Translations under genes and position numbers: made by a program
Shown: positions 35,580 through 47,639 of the stretch, one piece after another
Layout: every line of letters starts with the position of its first letter
Position numbering within the stretch: position 1 is the stretch's first letter
DNA from: Squalus acanthias
Lineage: Eukaryota
DNA: 64,000 bases
NCBI GenBank assembly: GCA_030390025.1
Contig: JASTWF010000034.1
Location: 2,108,001-2,172,000, forward strand
Reading direction: 5' to 3'
The notes under the pieces: model-generated
What the model saw: the letters and a program-made list of their open reading frames with translations, nothing else
The model's database searches: none
What the model was told of the DNA's origin: nothing

Positions 35580-36402
35580 CTACACTGGTGAAGGATTATA
35601 GGTCTTCAGCTGGGTCCAGTGTTTCCACCTTCCCATTCCCTTTATATCAATACAGGCACACGTGTCTCCACTGATAATGGCTTGATAAGGACCGGACCAC
35701 CTTGGGGCAAACCCCTGCTTTGCAGGCAGGACCTTAACCGTTACTTTCGTTCCTGCAGAGGGAACGTTTGTTAACGCAGTCAAGTCTAAATTTTTATCCT
35801 TTTCTTCCTATCTTTCTCTAACCTGCTGTCTCATTTCTTTTAACTGCTTGCTTAATTCAAGGACATACCGCCGGATCCTGTCCTGTAAGGGTCCTAGTTC
35901 CTCTCCTCCCATGATAATTCCATAAGGGAGTTCCATTGCTCGCCCTGTCATTAATTCATAGGGAGATAAGCCTGTCGTTCGATTAGGAATAGCTCGCAAT
36001 TTCATCAGGATTGCGGGCAGAGCATCTACCCAAAATTGGTGGTTTTCACTCAGAGCCTTTGCTAATGCGGTTTTTAGGGTCCGATTCATTCGCTCCACCA
36101 TCCCAGAGCTCTGAGGACGGTAGGGAATGTGGAATTGTTGTTTTATTCCCATCCATGCGCAGATATTCTTTACTACCTTTCCCGTGAAATGGGTTCCCTG
36201 GTCAGAGTCGATTTGAGTAGGAACCCCCCATCTCGGTATTATTTCCTCTGCCATTATCCGGGCCACTGTGGCAGCTGTGCAGTTTCGTCTGGGGAAAGCT
36301 TCCACCCATCGGGTGAATTGATCTATTACCACTCGGCAGTAAACCCTTCCCCTTGAGATCGGTAGGGGTCCCGTAAAGTCTATTTGTATCTTTTCCCAGG
36401 GA
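35580..36402 (-). pseudogene. pol: Retroviral integrase core and C-terminus (N-terminal HHCC domain missing)
   Basis: PWEKIQIDFTGPLP..VIDQFTRWVEAFP..IDSDQGTHF..PYRPQSSGMVERMNRTLK (DDE triad), then APRWSGPY..WKHWTQLK after a frameshift. Confidence 0.95.
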
Positions 36403-36564
36403 CACCTTATTCAAATTAAATTCATTGTTCCGGTGTTCCAATTCTGCCCCGCCTGGGGTATCCTCTGTTTCTTCTATCTTTCCTGATGTTACCCCGCCTG
36501 GGGTCTCCTCTACATTGCTTTGGATCTTCTCTTTCGGTGTGCTCAATTAATTTGTTGGTGCTGG

Positions 36565-37700
36565 TTAGTCATAGGCATGAGTACCCAATTGGCTTATGTA
36601 TCTTACTACATAGGTTACATATATCAAATACATTATCATTACAAGTTGGAGAACTACCAGAGCGTGTGAAATAATACAAACGTAAGGGTGTGCTGATGTA
36701 TTAAGCTCAATATCCCACCAGTGTGAGTTGTCCCCTATGCTGTCAATTTCAATATCTATTCTCGAATTGTCTTGCTCCAAAACATAAAAATGCTTTAGGG
36801 AGGAGTTCAGTCGCATCACGAGCTCACTGAAATTCTCAAACAACAGGGGAATGGAGTATCCGAATTGTGCCACATAATTGTGTAACTCATACGTAAAAAC
36901 GTGTTGGTTGATGGGACAGGTCCTGTTAGACCCATAAGCATGGTAATTTCGGTAGTGGTGACACAGGAGGCACCACCAAAACCACCTCATACTGGATTCG
37001 CACTGGTTTTTTCCCACGCTCTTTTACCAACAAAACACAATTATTACAGTCATAGTTCAATTCAGTCTTACAATCATTTCAAGCGACATTACAGTTTAAC
37101 ATCTAGTCAACAAATCATGGACTTAAAAGATTCTCCAGATCTCTCTTTTACTCATATCCATCTTGTGGATAATTCTTACTAAACATGATTTCTCCTTAGC
37201 CCTCAATTGTCCCAATCCAGATTCCATGTAACTCTCCACTTCAACTTCAATTTCAATCCCTCCAACAGGTACCAGTGTATTTAACTCTATTCTGATTGTT
37301 TCATTAATTAGATAGTTTCTCGATGGAGTATGTGTCAATGCTTTAAAAGTTGTCTCGCTCTCCTGAACCACATTAACCATTTCATGTTTTGCTGTTATCA
37401 AGTAACTGAGCATGTCTGAGACCCGTTCTTCAGTGCAGTTTCAACATACATTCCCGGATGGCAACTGCCTCACATGTAACAAATCACATTTGCACACTCA
37501 TATCGGTATCTCCACATCATGCCACATGTGCCCTTCTCGGGCATTCAGGTATCTTATCAAAAGATTGTCTGGAGGTCTTTGTTCATCTTCGTCTGCATGG
37601 TCCCGATGTCTTTGATAGTGGCCAGACTATCAAATTCAGTTTCCTTAAAAAGTTCATTATAGGCAGGGACACAAATGTCTCCAAGAGAAAGCTATCAATT
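36565..37700 (-). pseudogene. Decayed membrane-glycoprotein (second env-like) remnant inside the ERV
   Basis: ORF 36565..37017 has a Cys-containing ectodomain piece with N-x-S/T sites, a heptad-like stretch (FSELVMRLNSSLKHFYVLEQDNSRIDIEI), HWWD and a hydrophobic anchor (IISHALVVLQLVMIMYLIYVTYVV). Upstream fragments lie at 37123..37413 and ~37550-37660. No ISD or CX6CC. Confidence 0.6.
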
Positions 37701-38524
37701 TACTATTCTTAGCTACTCTTTCCTGACTTTCACTAAGAAGTTTGGAAAATTCTCAATTGGTGGTGTAATTCTCCTGTTTCTATCTCACCCTCAATCACTT
37801 CCTTTCTCCATTTTACACATCCTATTCATTACCATTCATATCTCATTCATGAGCCCTGGAGGAACTTTACTGTCCAGTACAATATTTAAGATTGAAAACA
37901 TAGATCAAACATTCTCACTTGGTCCAAGTTATTAACACTTCTTATTTATCATTATTTTAGAGGATCTTTTATTTTCCCAAAAGTAACCCAATATATAGTG
38001 CCTGAGTTCATTTTGTCATTTCAAAATTATCCCAAAATCCAAACAGCAGTACTGTTGAACTGACAGGTTTGTCAATGTTCAATTTCATTTCTATAACTTA
38101 AACAGCTGTCAGTGGAAAGGGTTAACTCCTTTGCAGGGTTTTTTTTTAAGAAGGCACAACGAAACATTGTCAGACGCACGCAATTGCGTCATTTCACGTA
38201 ACTGAACACGAACAGAAAAAACAAAACAAACCAGTACATGCTTGTAGAAAACCATATATTACATCATATTTCTTATTGGCCTTTCTTCAGATGCCTTTCC
38301 AAAATACTGTAAAAACATTGAATATAACTGGAGAAAAATTAGTTTTTCACATTTAAGCAAATCAAATTGCTTTGGAAGAGTTCACCATAGCAACCGCGAC
38401 TCCAAGGTTAAATCTTAGACCAAAACTTAATATTTTGTTGAACAAACTTTTTGTTCTTCTCAGTTTTGCACATCAGCTTAACTTAAATTGTAGTTCAAAG
38501 TTTTTTTTTCAATTCTTGTGGCAC

Positions 38525-38750
38525 AATTTATTGCAGCCACACATCGTGGCATTGCCTTCGCTACTGGATCCCTCTTTAACTAACTGTTGAATCGGCTCTG
38601 CTTTCCCTGCAAAGTCTGATATAAAACTCCTGTCTATCCCTGACAGTAAAGGCGAATTTCCCTTGTGATTCCTCTGCCAATGGTATGGACCAGAACCCGT
38701 TCTGTATCCAAGACTGTAAATATTTTAAAGTCTGGTTTCAGACCATTAAA
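38525..38750 (-). pseudogene. pol: Fused remnants of retroviral RT
   Basis: Manual translation gives FKIFTVLD..QNGFWSIPLAEESQGKFAFTV, then RSFISDFAGKAEPIQQLVK, then DPVAKAMPRCVAAI; the YxDD region is deleted. Confidence 0.8.
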
Positions 38751-39439
38751 TATCATATTCAATGTGGTCTACACAAATTTACACCAACCAGAATTTCACC
38801 GTGCACAATAAAAGTCTGGTTTTAATAGGTTAATTAACCTTAATAACTCAAATTCAATCTAGATCAACATTTTCTTTTAAACTAACCAGTACCACATGGA
38901 AAAGAAAGAAACCATAGCCACATTAACAAAGAAACAATTACCCATGCCTTGTCCATCATTCAAATTCATTTTTCTTCCAGGCACATTGGCAACTGTGACT
39001 TCAAGGCTGAAGCTTATTTTTTGTAAAACAATTAACAAACTTAAAACAACAAAACAAGTCTTCAAAGGGTTAAACAGCTTTTCGTTCTCTGTACAAAAGA
39101 GTGGGTGGAGCCAAAACAAAAATGACAGACACTTTTTTAAAGACAGACTTTCAGACAAAAGAAATACTGCAACTCCTTAAACATTCACAGTCAGGCAAAC
39201 TCTCACTCTTTGACACACACTTTCACGCAAACTTAGATCCCAGCATTCCTTTTAAGATTCCTTTCACTCAACAAATCTTGTGTTTTATTTGTCTCGGCAC
39301 AGACATTAATAACTTCCATGTCGGTAAAACTTTAAATTTCTCTCTTTTTTTTCTTTTTACATAGGTGTCTCAGCAGCTTTCCTAGCATTCCAAATCCCTT
39401 TTTTTTGGTCTAAGCTGAGTTTCAGATTGGTTAGCCTGC

Positions 39440-39603
39440 AATTTAGATCTTTTCCGTCTTTATCTTTGGTTTGTTGGACGGGGCAAATCAGTTAAAGATA
39501 CTGATGCTCCTGTATCAACGAGCATTTCACACGATTGGCCCCCTAATAATGCTGCAACGTAGACTCGGTTATCCGAGCCTCCTTTTACTGGGGCCACCTC
39601 CCG
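39440..39603 (-). pseudogene. pro: Retroviral aspartic protease N-terminal half, in frame after the gag TGA
   Basis: KSQ*REVAPVKGGSDNRVYVAALLGGQSCEMLVDTGASVSLTDL; DTG at 39516-39508 is in the same frame as gag. Confidence 0.9.
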
Positions 39604-40733
39604 TCATTGACTCTTCCCCTTTGACTTGAGGTACTCCATAAAGTCCCTTCTATTCTCCAGACTGAGATAAGCACCCTGTGTCTGGTCCACGTCTCCTTTC
39701 TTCTGCCAGCAGTTGTGACTCTGGTGTCCTAGCTTACCACAATAGTCACATGCCCCTTTCTTTCCAGTCCTGCAATCATTTGCCATATGTCCCACTTTTC
39801 CACAACTATAACAGCTCCCCTGAATCCTCTTGTACGGTTGCGATGCCCCCCCTGCTGCTACCCTTTCCTGTTTAATTTTAACACCTCCCTTTTCGGTGGG
39901 TTCAGAGTCCTTCGCATCTATCTGACTTGCCCATTGAACTGCGAGATCATACGTAGGGGCAATCAACACTCCTAATTTTAGGCGTTGTGGATTTGCTTGC
40001 CCTGATGATTCGCAATAAGCGTCATCCCACATTTCCTCTGGATTTCTCCAGAACTCTGCGTTCTGGCTACGGGGTTTCAGGGTTCCCAAATCTTTGAGAA
40101 TGGCTTGTTTTTCAAGAGGCGTGAAAGCCCGGTATTGATCTTGTGCTGCCCCCTGGTGTCGTAATACGGATGCCATCGGTACTGCCGGTACGTCCCCTTT
40201 AATTTCGATTGGGGCCGAGGCATACGGTGGGGGCTTTTCTTTATCCTCATCATTTCTGTTTCCTCTATCTGTCAATTCCATCCGTTTTATTGTTCTTTCT
40301 AATTCGGCTATTTTCTTTTCTTGTTCTTCCATCTTACTAGTTTGTGTCGTAATCTTTTCTGTTAACATTATTAACTGATGTGTTAAAATTACTCAAGCCT
40401 TTCTAGTTTTCTTTTGTTTCTGCTCCTCCCACCACTCCCATTGCGCCAGGGATTTTCCTAATGGATCCCACCCATCTTTCCTCATTTTATCAATCAAACC
40501 CTTTTGGTCCTCGGCGTAGAGCCGACTCATGGGGCCCCAATCGGGTTCCTCACCTTTCTCCATAATGTATTAATATCGTTACTAGCTTACCGCTCTCCGG
40601 CCCACCCTAGCAACTCGTTTTCAGAGGTCTGCCTATCATCCACCATAAGTATGGTGGCGGCCCCGACTTGGAACAATCTTGCTCACAGAGGTGAGTTTTG
40701 GGCAGCCACTTGGCCCCTTTCACATGTAGCCAT
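39604..40733 (-). pseudogene. gag: gag remnant: coiled coil, PPPY late domain, deleted capsid, two CCHC knuckles
   Basis: ORF 39604..40368 has KMEEQEKKIAELERTIKRM, KPPPYAS, CYSCGKVGHMANDC and CDYCGKLGHQSHNC. The probable ATG at 40733 is followed by stops. Confidence 0.9.
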
Positions 40734-41166
40734 TAATACATTATCACAACACGTCATACAATCCAACAGATCCCGCAACGCAACACATCAGAGAGGTTCT
40801 TACAGATTCTTTTGTCTGTCTCGGATTCCCAACTACCTCTGATTATCACGTGGGGCCCAATCGCCCTCTTAATTTCGGCTCAGTATGGGTCCTCGAGACA
40901 TTTACAGTCCGAAATAACACATCAGGCTTCAAATATCTTAACTACTATTAATACGTTTGGTTAACCTTATTATTTCAATATTACAAACACCTTATGCGCT
41001 CCCTAGGTTTTAATAAACTGTTTGTTACCCGTCACAGACACCAAATACGTCACATACTGCGGTTGCCTTCACACCGCCCTGCCAAGTGACCCAATTTCTG
41101 GGTGGTCAAAGATTTGACTACTCGCCCTGTTCACTGGTACAGACAGTCTTTCAGCTCCGAAGTATC

Positions 41167-41182
41167 CCTGCCGACTACGCCA
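41167..41182 (-). other. Primer-binding site complementary to the tRNA-Ser 3' end
   Basis: The minus strand reads TGGCGTAGTCGGCAGG starting 2 nt after the 5' LTR, complementary to ..CCUGCCGACUACGCCA of vertebrate tRNA-Ser (recalled sequence). Confidence 0.88.
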
Positions 41183-41184
41183 AT

Positions 41185-41778
41185 TGTTAGGGAGAAATTA
41201 TTTCACTCCAGTCTGTTGATAGGTAAAAGCAAAAACAGTGTATTTAATATTCAGAGATCCCTGGGAGAAGCGTCACAGACCTTGCTCAGTCTGGTGACTA
41301 CAACGTCTCAACCTCTCGTTGTCAATGACAACCTTTTATTGAAGAGTTGTCCAATCACATAGTTACAAAATATCACATGTTTACAAGTATGTCAATTCAA
41401 TCTTAAACAATTAATTTGTTATATTCTAAACAATTTATGTCAGTTCAAACTAAATCATTAATTCGTTATATTTCAATTCAAACTAAATAATTATGCTGCA
41501 AACTGAACCATTAATTCGTTATATTCTTATCTCTGTCAGTTACAAACTAAAAGCATTAATGACGTTTCTATGCAGTCTGTGGAGAGGCCCTGTGTCTGGT
41601 TTTTACAGTCTTCTATTGTGTTATGGCCTTGGATGTTGCTAAGTATCACAACGCTCAACCAGGCCTTATCTTCCACCTGGGCTCTTCTATTTCATACAGA
41701 AACGAGAACTTATTATTTTAATTTAACATGAGTTCAAATTAACTCTTTCACTCCCATTAACTCTTTCACTCCCCTACA
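41185..41778 (-). repeat. ERV 5' LTR, 594 bp
   Basis: TGT..ACA termini; AATAAA-type and AT-rich internal repeats; adjacent to the PBS. Confidence 0.96.
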
Positions 41779-42931
41779 GGCCTAACCAGCGTTTTGTACA
41801 ACTCCATCATAACCTACCTGCTCTTATCTTCTATGCCTCGGCTAATGAAGGCAAGTATCCAATATGCCTTTTTAACCACCTTATCTACCTGTCCTGCTGC
41901 CTTCAGGGATCTATGTACATGCACGCCAAGGTCCCTCTGATCCTCTGTCCTTCCTAGGGTCCTACCATTCATTGTGTATTCCCTTGCCTTGTTTGTCCTC
42001 CCAAAATGCATCACCTCACACTTTTCAGTGTTAAATTCCATTTGCCACTGTTCTGCCCATCTAACCATCCCGCCTATATCGTCCTGTAGTCTGAGGCTTC
42101 CCTCCTCGCTATTTACCACTCCACCAATTTTCGTGTCATCTGTGAACTTACATTCATATCTAAATCATTAATGTAAACTACAAACAGCAAAGGAGCCAGC
42201 ACCGATCCCTGCGGTACACCACTGGCCACAGGCTTCCAGTCACAAAAACAACCTTCGACCATCACCATCTGCCTCCTGCCACTAAGCCAATTTTGAATCC
42301 AATGTGCCAAATTGCCCTGGATCCCATGGCCTCTTACCTTCTTGACCAGTCTCCCATGTGGGACTTTATCAAAAGCCTTACTGAAGATCATGTAGACGAC
42401 ATCAACTGCACTATCCTCATCCACACACCTAGTCACCCCCTCAAAAAATTCTATCAAATTGGTTAGAAATGATCTCCCCCTGACAAAGCCATGCTGACTA
42501 ACCCTGATTAATCCTTGCCTCTCCAAGTGGAGACTAATTCTGTCCCTCAGAATTTTTTCCATTAATTTCCCTATCACTGATGTTAGGCTCACTGGCCTGT
42601 AATTCCCTGGTTTATCCCTACTACACTTCTTGAACAATGGTACTACGTTAGCTGTTCTCCAGTCCTCTGGCACCTCCCCTGTGGTCAGAGAGGTTCTGAA
42701 AATGTGTGTCTTGTGTCGCAGCCCCTGCAGTCACCCCGCTTGCCTCACACAGCAGCCTGATATACATCCCGTCAGGGCCTGGGGATTTATCCTCTTTTAA
42801 GCCCGCTAAAACCGCTAGTACCTCCTCCCTCTCAATACTAATTTGTTCAAGTATATCACAATCCCCTTGCCTGACTTCTATGCCTACATCGTCCTTCTCC
42901 ACAGTTAACACAGATGCAAAATATTCATTTC

Positions 42932-45085
42932 CGAGCTTTACTCTGGACCAAACATTGTCTGAACCTGCCCTGGGATTTTTTGATTGGACAGTTTAGAGAG
43001 TTTTTCTCTGTATCTAACCCGTGCTGTACCTGCCCTGAGAGTGTTTGATGTTACATTGTAGAGGAAGGTTCACTCTGTATCTACCCTGTGCTTTACCTGC
43101 CCTGGGAGAGTTTGATGGGACAGTGTAAACGGATCTTTAATCTGTATCTAATCTATGCTGCACCTGCTTTGGGAGTGTTTGATGGGCCAGTGTTGATGCA
43201 ACTTTACTTTGTGTCTAACTCGTGTTGTGCCTGTCTTGGAAGGGTTTGATGGGACACTGTAGAGGCAGCTTTAGTCTGTATCTAACACATGCTGTACCTG
43301 CTCTGGGAGAGTTTAATGGGATAGTGTCGAGGGAGTTTTAATCTGTTTTACTCGTGTTCTGCATGTCCTGGATGGGTTTAATGGGACAGTGTAGAGAGAG
43401 CTTTACTCTATCAAGCGTGGTTTGAATCTGCCCTGGGAGTGTTTTCCTGGGACTGTTCAGAGGGAGATTTACTCTATCTAACCTGTTTTGAACCTGCCCA
43501 GGCAGTGTTTGATGGGACAGTGTAGAGGGATCTTTACTCTGTATCAAACGTGGTCTGAACCTGCCATGGGAGTGTTTGATGGGACAGTGTAGAGGGATCT
43601 TTACTCTGTATCAAACGTGGTCTGAACCTGCCATGGGAGTGTTTGATGGAACAGTGTAGAGGGAGCTTTACTCTGTATCGAACCGGTGCTGTCCCTACCC
43701 TGGGGTTGTTTGATGGGACAGTGTAGAGGCAGCTTTACTCTGTATCTAACCCATGCTGTACATGCCCTGGGGGTGTTTGATGGGACAGTGTAGAGGGAGC
43801 TTTACTCTGTACCTAACCCGTGCTGTACCTGCCCCGGGAGTGTTTGATGGGACAGTGCAGAGGGAGCTTTACTCTGTATCTAACCCATGCTGTACCTGCC
43901 CTGGGAGTGTTAAATTGGACAGTGTTGATGCAGCTTTACTCTCTCTGTCGAACTCGTGTTCTGCCTGTCCTGGACGGGTTTGATGGAACAGTGTATAGGG
44001 AGTTTTACTCTGTATCTTAAGCGTGCTGTACCTGCCATGGGGATGTTTGATGGGATATTGTAGAGGGAGCTTTACTCTGTATCTAACCTATGCTGTTCCT
44101 GCCCTGGGAGAGTTTGATGAGACAGTTTAGAGGGAGCTTTACTCTGTATCTACACATGCTTTACCTGCCCTGGGAGTGTTTGATGGGACAGTGTAGTGAG
44201 AGCTTTACTCTTTACCAATCATTGTTTGAACCTGCCCTGGGAGTGCTGGATGGGACAATGTAGAGGGAGATTTACTCTGTATCTAACCAGTGCTGTACCT
44301 GCCCTGGCCGTGTTTGATGGGACAGTGTAGAGGGAGCTCTAAACTGTATCAAACATGATCTGAACCTGCCAGGGGAGTGTTTGATGGGACAATGCAGAGA
44401 TGAAATTTACACTGTATCTAACCTGTGCTGTACCTGCCCTGAGAGTTTAATGGGACACTGTAGAGGGAACTTTACTCTGTGTCAAACATATTCTGAAGCT
44501 CCTGTGGGAGTGTTTGATGAGATAGTGTAGAGTGAGATTTACTCTGTATCTAACCTGTGCTGAAACTGCCCTGGGTTGATTTGATGGGACATTGAAGAGG
44601 GCGCTTAACTCTGTAGCTAAATCGTGTTGTGCCTGTCCTGGGAGAGTTTGAGGGGAAAGTCTAGAGTCAGCATTACCAGTATAAAACATGGTCTCAACCT
44701 GTCCTGGGAGTGTTTCATGGGACAGTGAAGAGGGAACTTTACTCTGCATCTAACCCGTGTTATACGTGTCCTGGGAGCGATTTGATGGAATAGTGTAGAG
44801 GGAACTTTACTGTGTATCTAAATCGTGCTGTACCTACTCTGGGAGTGTTTGATGGGACATTGTAGAGGGAGCTTTACTCTGTATCTAACCTACGCTGCAC
44901 CTGCCCTGGCAGTGTTTGATTTGACAGTGTAGAGGGAGCTTTACTCTGTATCTAACCCGTGCTGTACCTGTCCTGGGAGTGTTTGATGGGACAGTGTAGA
45001 GGGATCTTTGCTCTGTATCTAACGCGTGTTGTGCCTGTCCTGGACAGGTTTGATGGAACAGTGTAGAGGAAGGTTTACTCTGTGT
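42932..45085 (+). repeat. 67-bp satellite array, ~32 units; a few more units at ~45615-45810
   Basis: Tandem units visible, with recurring variants (AAACGTGGTCTGAA and CTCGTGTTGTGCCTGTC types). Confidence 0.97.
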
Positions 45086-45615
45086 CAAATGGTATGTGGG
45101 CGTTCATTGCAAGAGGATTTGAGTACAGGAGCAAGAATGTCTTACTGCAGTTATACAGGGCCTTGGTGAGACCACACCTGGTGTACTGTGTGCTGTTTTG
45201 GTCTCCCTACCTAAGAAAGGATATACTTGCCACAGATGGAGTGCAGCGAAGGTTCACCAGACTGATTCCTGGGAGGATAGGACTGTCGTTTTAGGAGAGG
45301 TTGGGTCGACTAGGCCTGTACTCACTAGAGATTAGAAGAAGGAGTGGGCATCTGATTGAAACGTATAAAATTCTGACAGTGCGAGAAAGGCTGGATACAG
45401 GGAGGATGTTTCCCCTGGCTGGGGTGTCTAGAACGAGGGGTCACAGTCTCAGGATACGGGATAGGTCATTTAGAACTGAGATGAGGCGAAATATCTTCAC
45501 TCGGAGGGTGTTGACCCTGTGAAATTCTCTACCACAGAGGCTATGGAGTCCAAATCACTGAATATATTTATGAAGGAGATATAGATTTCTAGACACAGGC
45601 TCGAAAGGCCGAATG
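45086..45615 (+). mobile_element. CR1 3' fragment
   Basis: ORFs 45082..45294 (LYRALVRPHL) and 45301..45522. Confidence 0.9.
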
Positions 45616-45819
45616 CTGAAACTGCCCTGGGAGAGTTTGTTGGGCCAGTGTAGAGGGACCTTTACTCTGTATCTAACCTTTGCTGAAACTGCCCTGGGAG
45701 TATTTAATGGGAAAGTGCTGAGGGAGACTTACACTGTGTCTAAGTCGTGTTGTGCCTGTCCTAGGAGAGTTTGATGGGGCAGTGTTGGGGCAGATTTACT
45801 CTGCCTCTGAACTATTCTG

Positions 45820-46100
45820 CCCAATTGGTTTGTGCCGGTGTTTATTCCCCACACAAGCCTCCTCCCACCCCTCTTCATCTAATTCTATTAGCATAACCTT
45901 ATATTCCTTTCTCCCTCATGTGTTTATCTAGCTTCTCCTTAAATGCATCTGTACTATCCGCCTCCACTACTCCCTGTGGTAGCGAGTTCCACATTCTCAC
46001 CTCTCTTTGCGTGAAGAATTTCTCCTGAATTCTCCATTGGATTTATTAGTGACTATCTTATATTGATGATCTCCAGTTTTGGACTCCCACAAGTGGAAAC
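45820..46100 (-). mobile_element. Old CR1 3' fragment
   Basis: Similar to 11990-12290 (MFPLVG, WNSLP region and tail). Confidence 0.75.
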
Positions 46101-47633
46101 ATCGCTGCACAGGACCTCCAACCAACGCTGTACACCAGATACATCGACGATATTTTCTTCCTTTGGACCCATGGCGAAGGATCACTGAAAAGACTACACG
46201 ATAACATAAACAAGTTCCATCCCCCCATCAAACTCACCATGGACTACTCCTCAGAATCGGTTTCATTCCTGGACACACGAATCTCCATCAAAGACGGACA
46301 CCTCAGCACTTCACTCTACCGCAAGCCCACGGACAACCTCACGATGCTCCACTTCTCCAGCTTCCACCCTAACCACGTTAAAGAAGCCATCCCCTATGGA
46401 CAAGCCCTGCGAATACACAGGATCTGCTCAGACGAGGAGGAACGCGATGGACACCTACGGATGCTGAAAAATGCCCTGGTAAGAACGTGATATGACGCTC
46501 GACTCATCGATCGACAGTTCCGACGGGCCACAGCGAAAAATCGCATAGAACTCCTCAGAAGGCAAACACGGGACACAACCAACAGGGTACCCTACGTCGT
46601 CCAGTACTTCCCCGGAGCGGAGAAACTACGCCATGTTCTGCGCAGCCTTCAACATGTCATCGATGACGACGAACACCTCGGTAAGGCCATCCCCACGCCT
46701 CCACTACTTGCCTTCAAACAGCCGCCTAACCTCAGAAGTACCATCGTTCGCAGCAAATTACCCAGCTTTCAGGATAACAGCGACCACGACACCACACAAC
46801 CCTGCCACGGCAACCTCTGCAAGACATTCCAGATCATCAACACAGATACCATCATCACACATGAGGACACTACCCACCAGGTACATGGTACATACTCATG
46901 TGACTCGGCCAAAATTTTCTACCTCATACATTGCAGGAAAGAATGCACCGCGGCATGGTACATCGGCGAGACCATGCAGACACTGAGATAACGTATGAAC
47001 GGACACCGTGCAACAATCACCAGGCAGGAGTGTTCCCTCCCAGTCGGGGAACACTGCAGCAGTCAAGGACATTCAGCCTCGGATATGCGGGTAAGCGTTC
47101 TCCAAGGCGGCCTTAGAAACACACGACAACGCAAAATCATCGAGCAGAAACTGATAGCCAAGTTCCGCACTCATGAGGACGGCCTCAACTGGGATCTTGG
47201 GTTTATGTCACGATACATGACGTGATCCAGACTCGAGTCGTCGTTGGCTTGTTCACAGATGTGATTCCCAGTAAAAAAGTAAAAATTTTAAAGTTTATCG
47301 TTTTACATACCGACTGCAGCTTTTGACACATTAGACCCCCTGTAACTCCACCTCATTTTCTCAGTTGTATCTTGCTATGTCTTTGATGTGGTACCTTCCT
47401 GTCTGACCTGATTGCCTTTTGTCACACCTCGGCAGATAAACAGTCAGGATGATTAAATTTAGTCGTCTGCCATTGTAAGTTACACATGCATTGTTCTCTA
47501 TCTATATATGCTTTGTCGATTCTGTATTTCTTTACTTCACCTTTGGAAGGGGCCACGTAAGCTCCGAAAGCTTGTGATTTCAAATAAAACTGTTGGACTA
47601 TAACCTGGTGTTGTGCGACTTCTCATTTTTGCC
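46100..47633 (+). mobile_element. Penelope-like element, 5'-truncated (RT C-terminus, GIY-YIG, pseudo-LTR)
   Basis: YTRYIDDIFFLW, VSFLD, SLYRKPTD..SFHPNHVKEAIPYGQALRIHRICS and GIY-YIG region closely similar to 31350-32338; hammerhead core degraded (CCTTTGGAAGGGG..CTCCGAAAGC). Confidence 0.93.
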
Positions 47634-47639
47634 CTCAAT

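Larger units (their letters stand above)
33893..41778 (-). mobile_element. Endogenous retrovirus, internally deleted, with two LTRs
   Basis: LTRs at 33893-~34483 and 41185-41778 (TG..CA; ~7 substitutions counted by eye); TSD GGCC (33889-33892, 41779-41782); PBS, PPT, and gag, pro, RT, IN and env remnants on the minus strand. Confidence 0.97.
33346..42930 (-). mobile_element. CR1 LINE, 5'-truncated, split by the ERV (segments 33346-33892 and 41779-42930)
   Basis: ORFs 42648..42911, 42113..42673 ([17 protein letters not shown]) and 41814..42119. Joining across the ERV restores CCAGCTGTGGCCTAACCAG (LVRPQLE on the minus strand). Confidence 0.93.
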
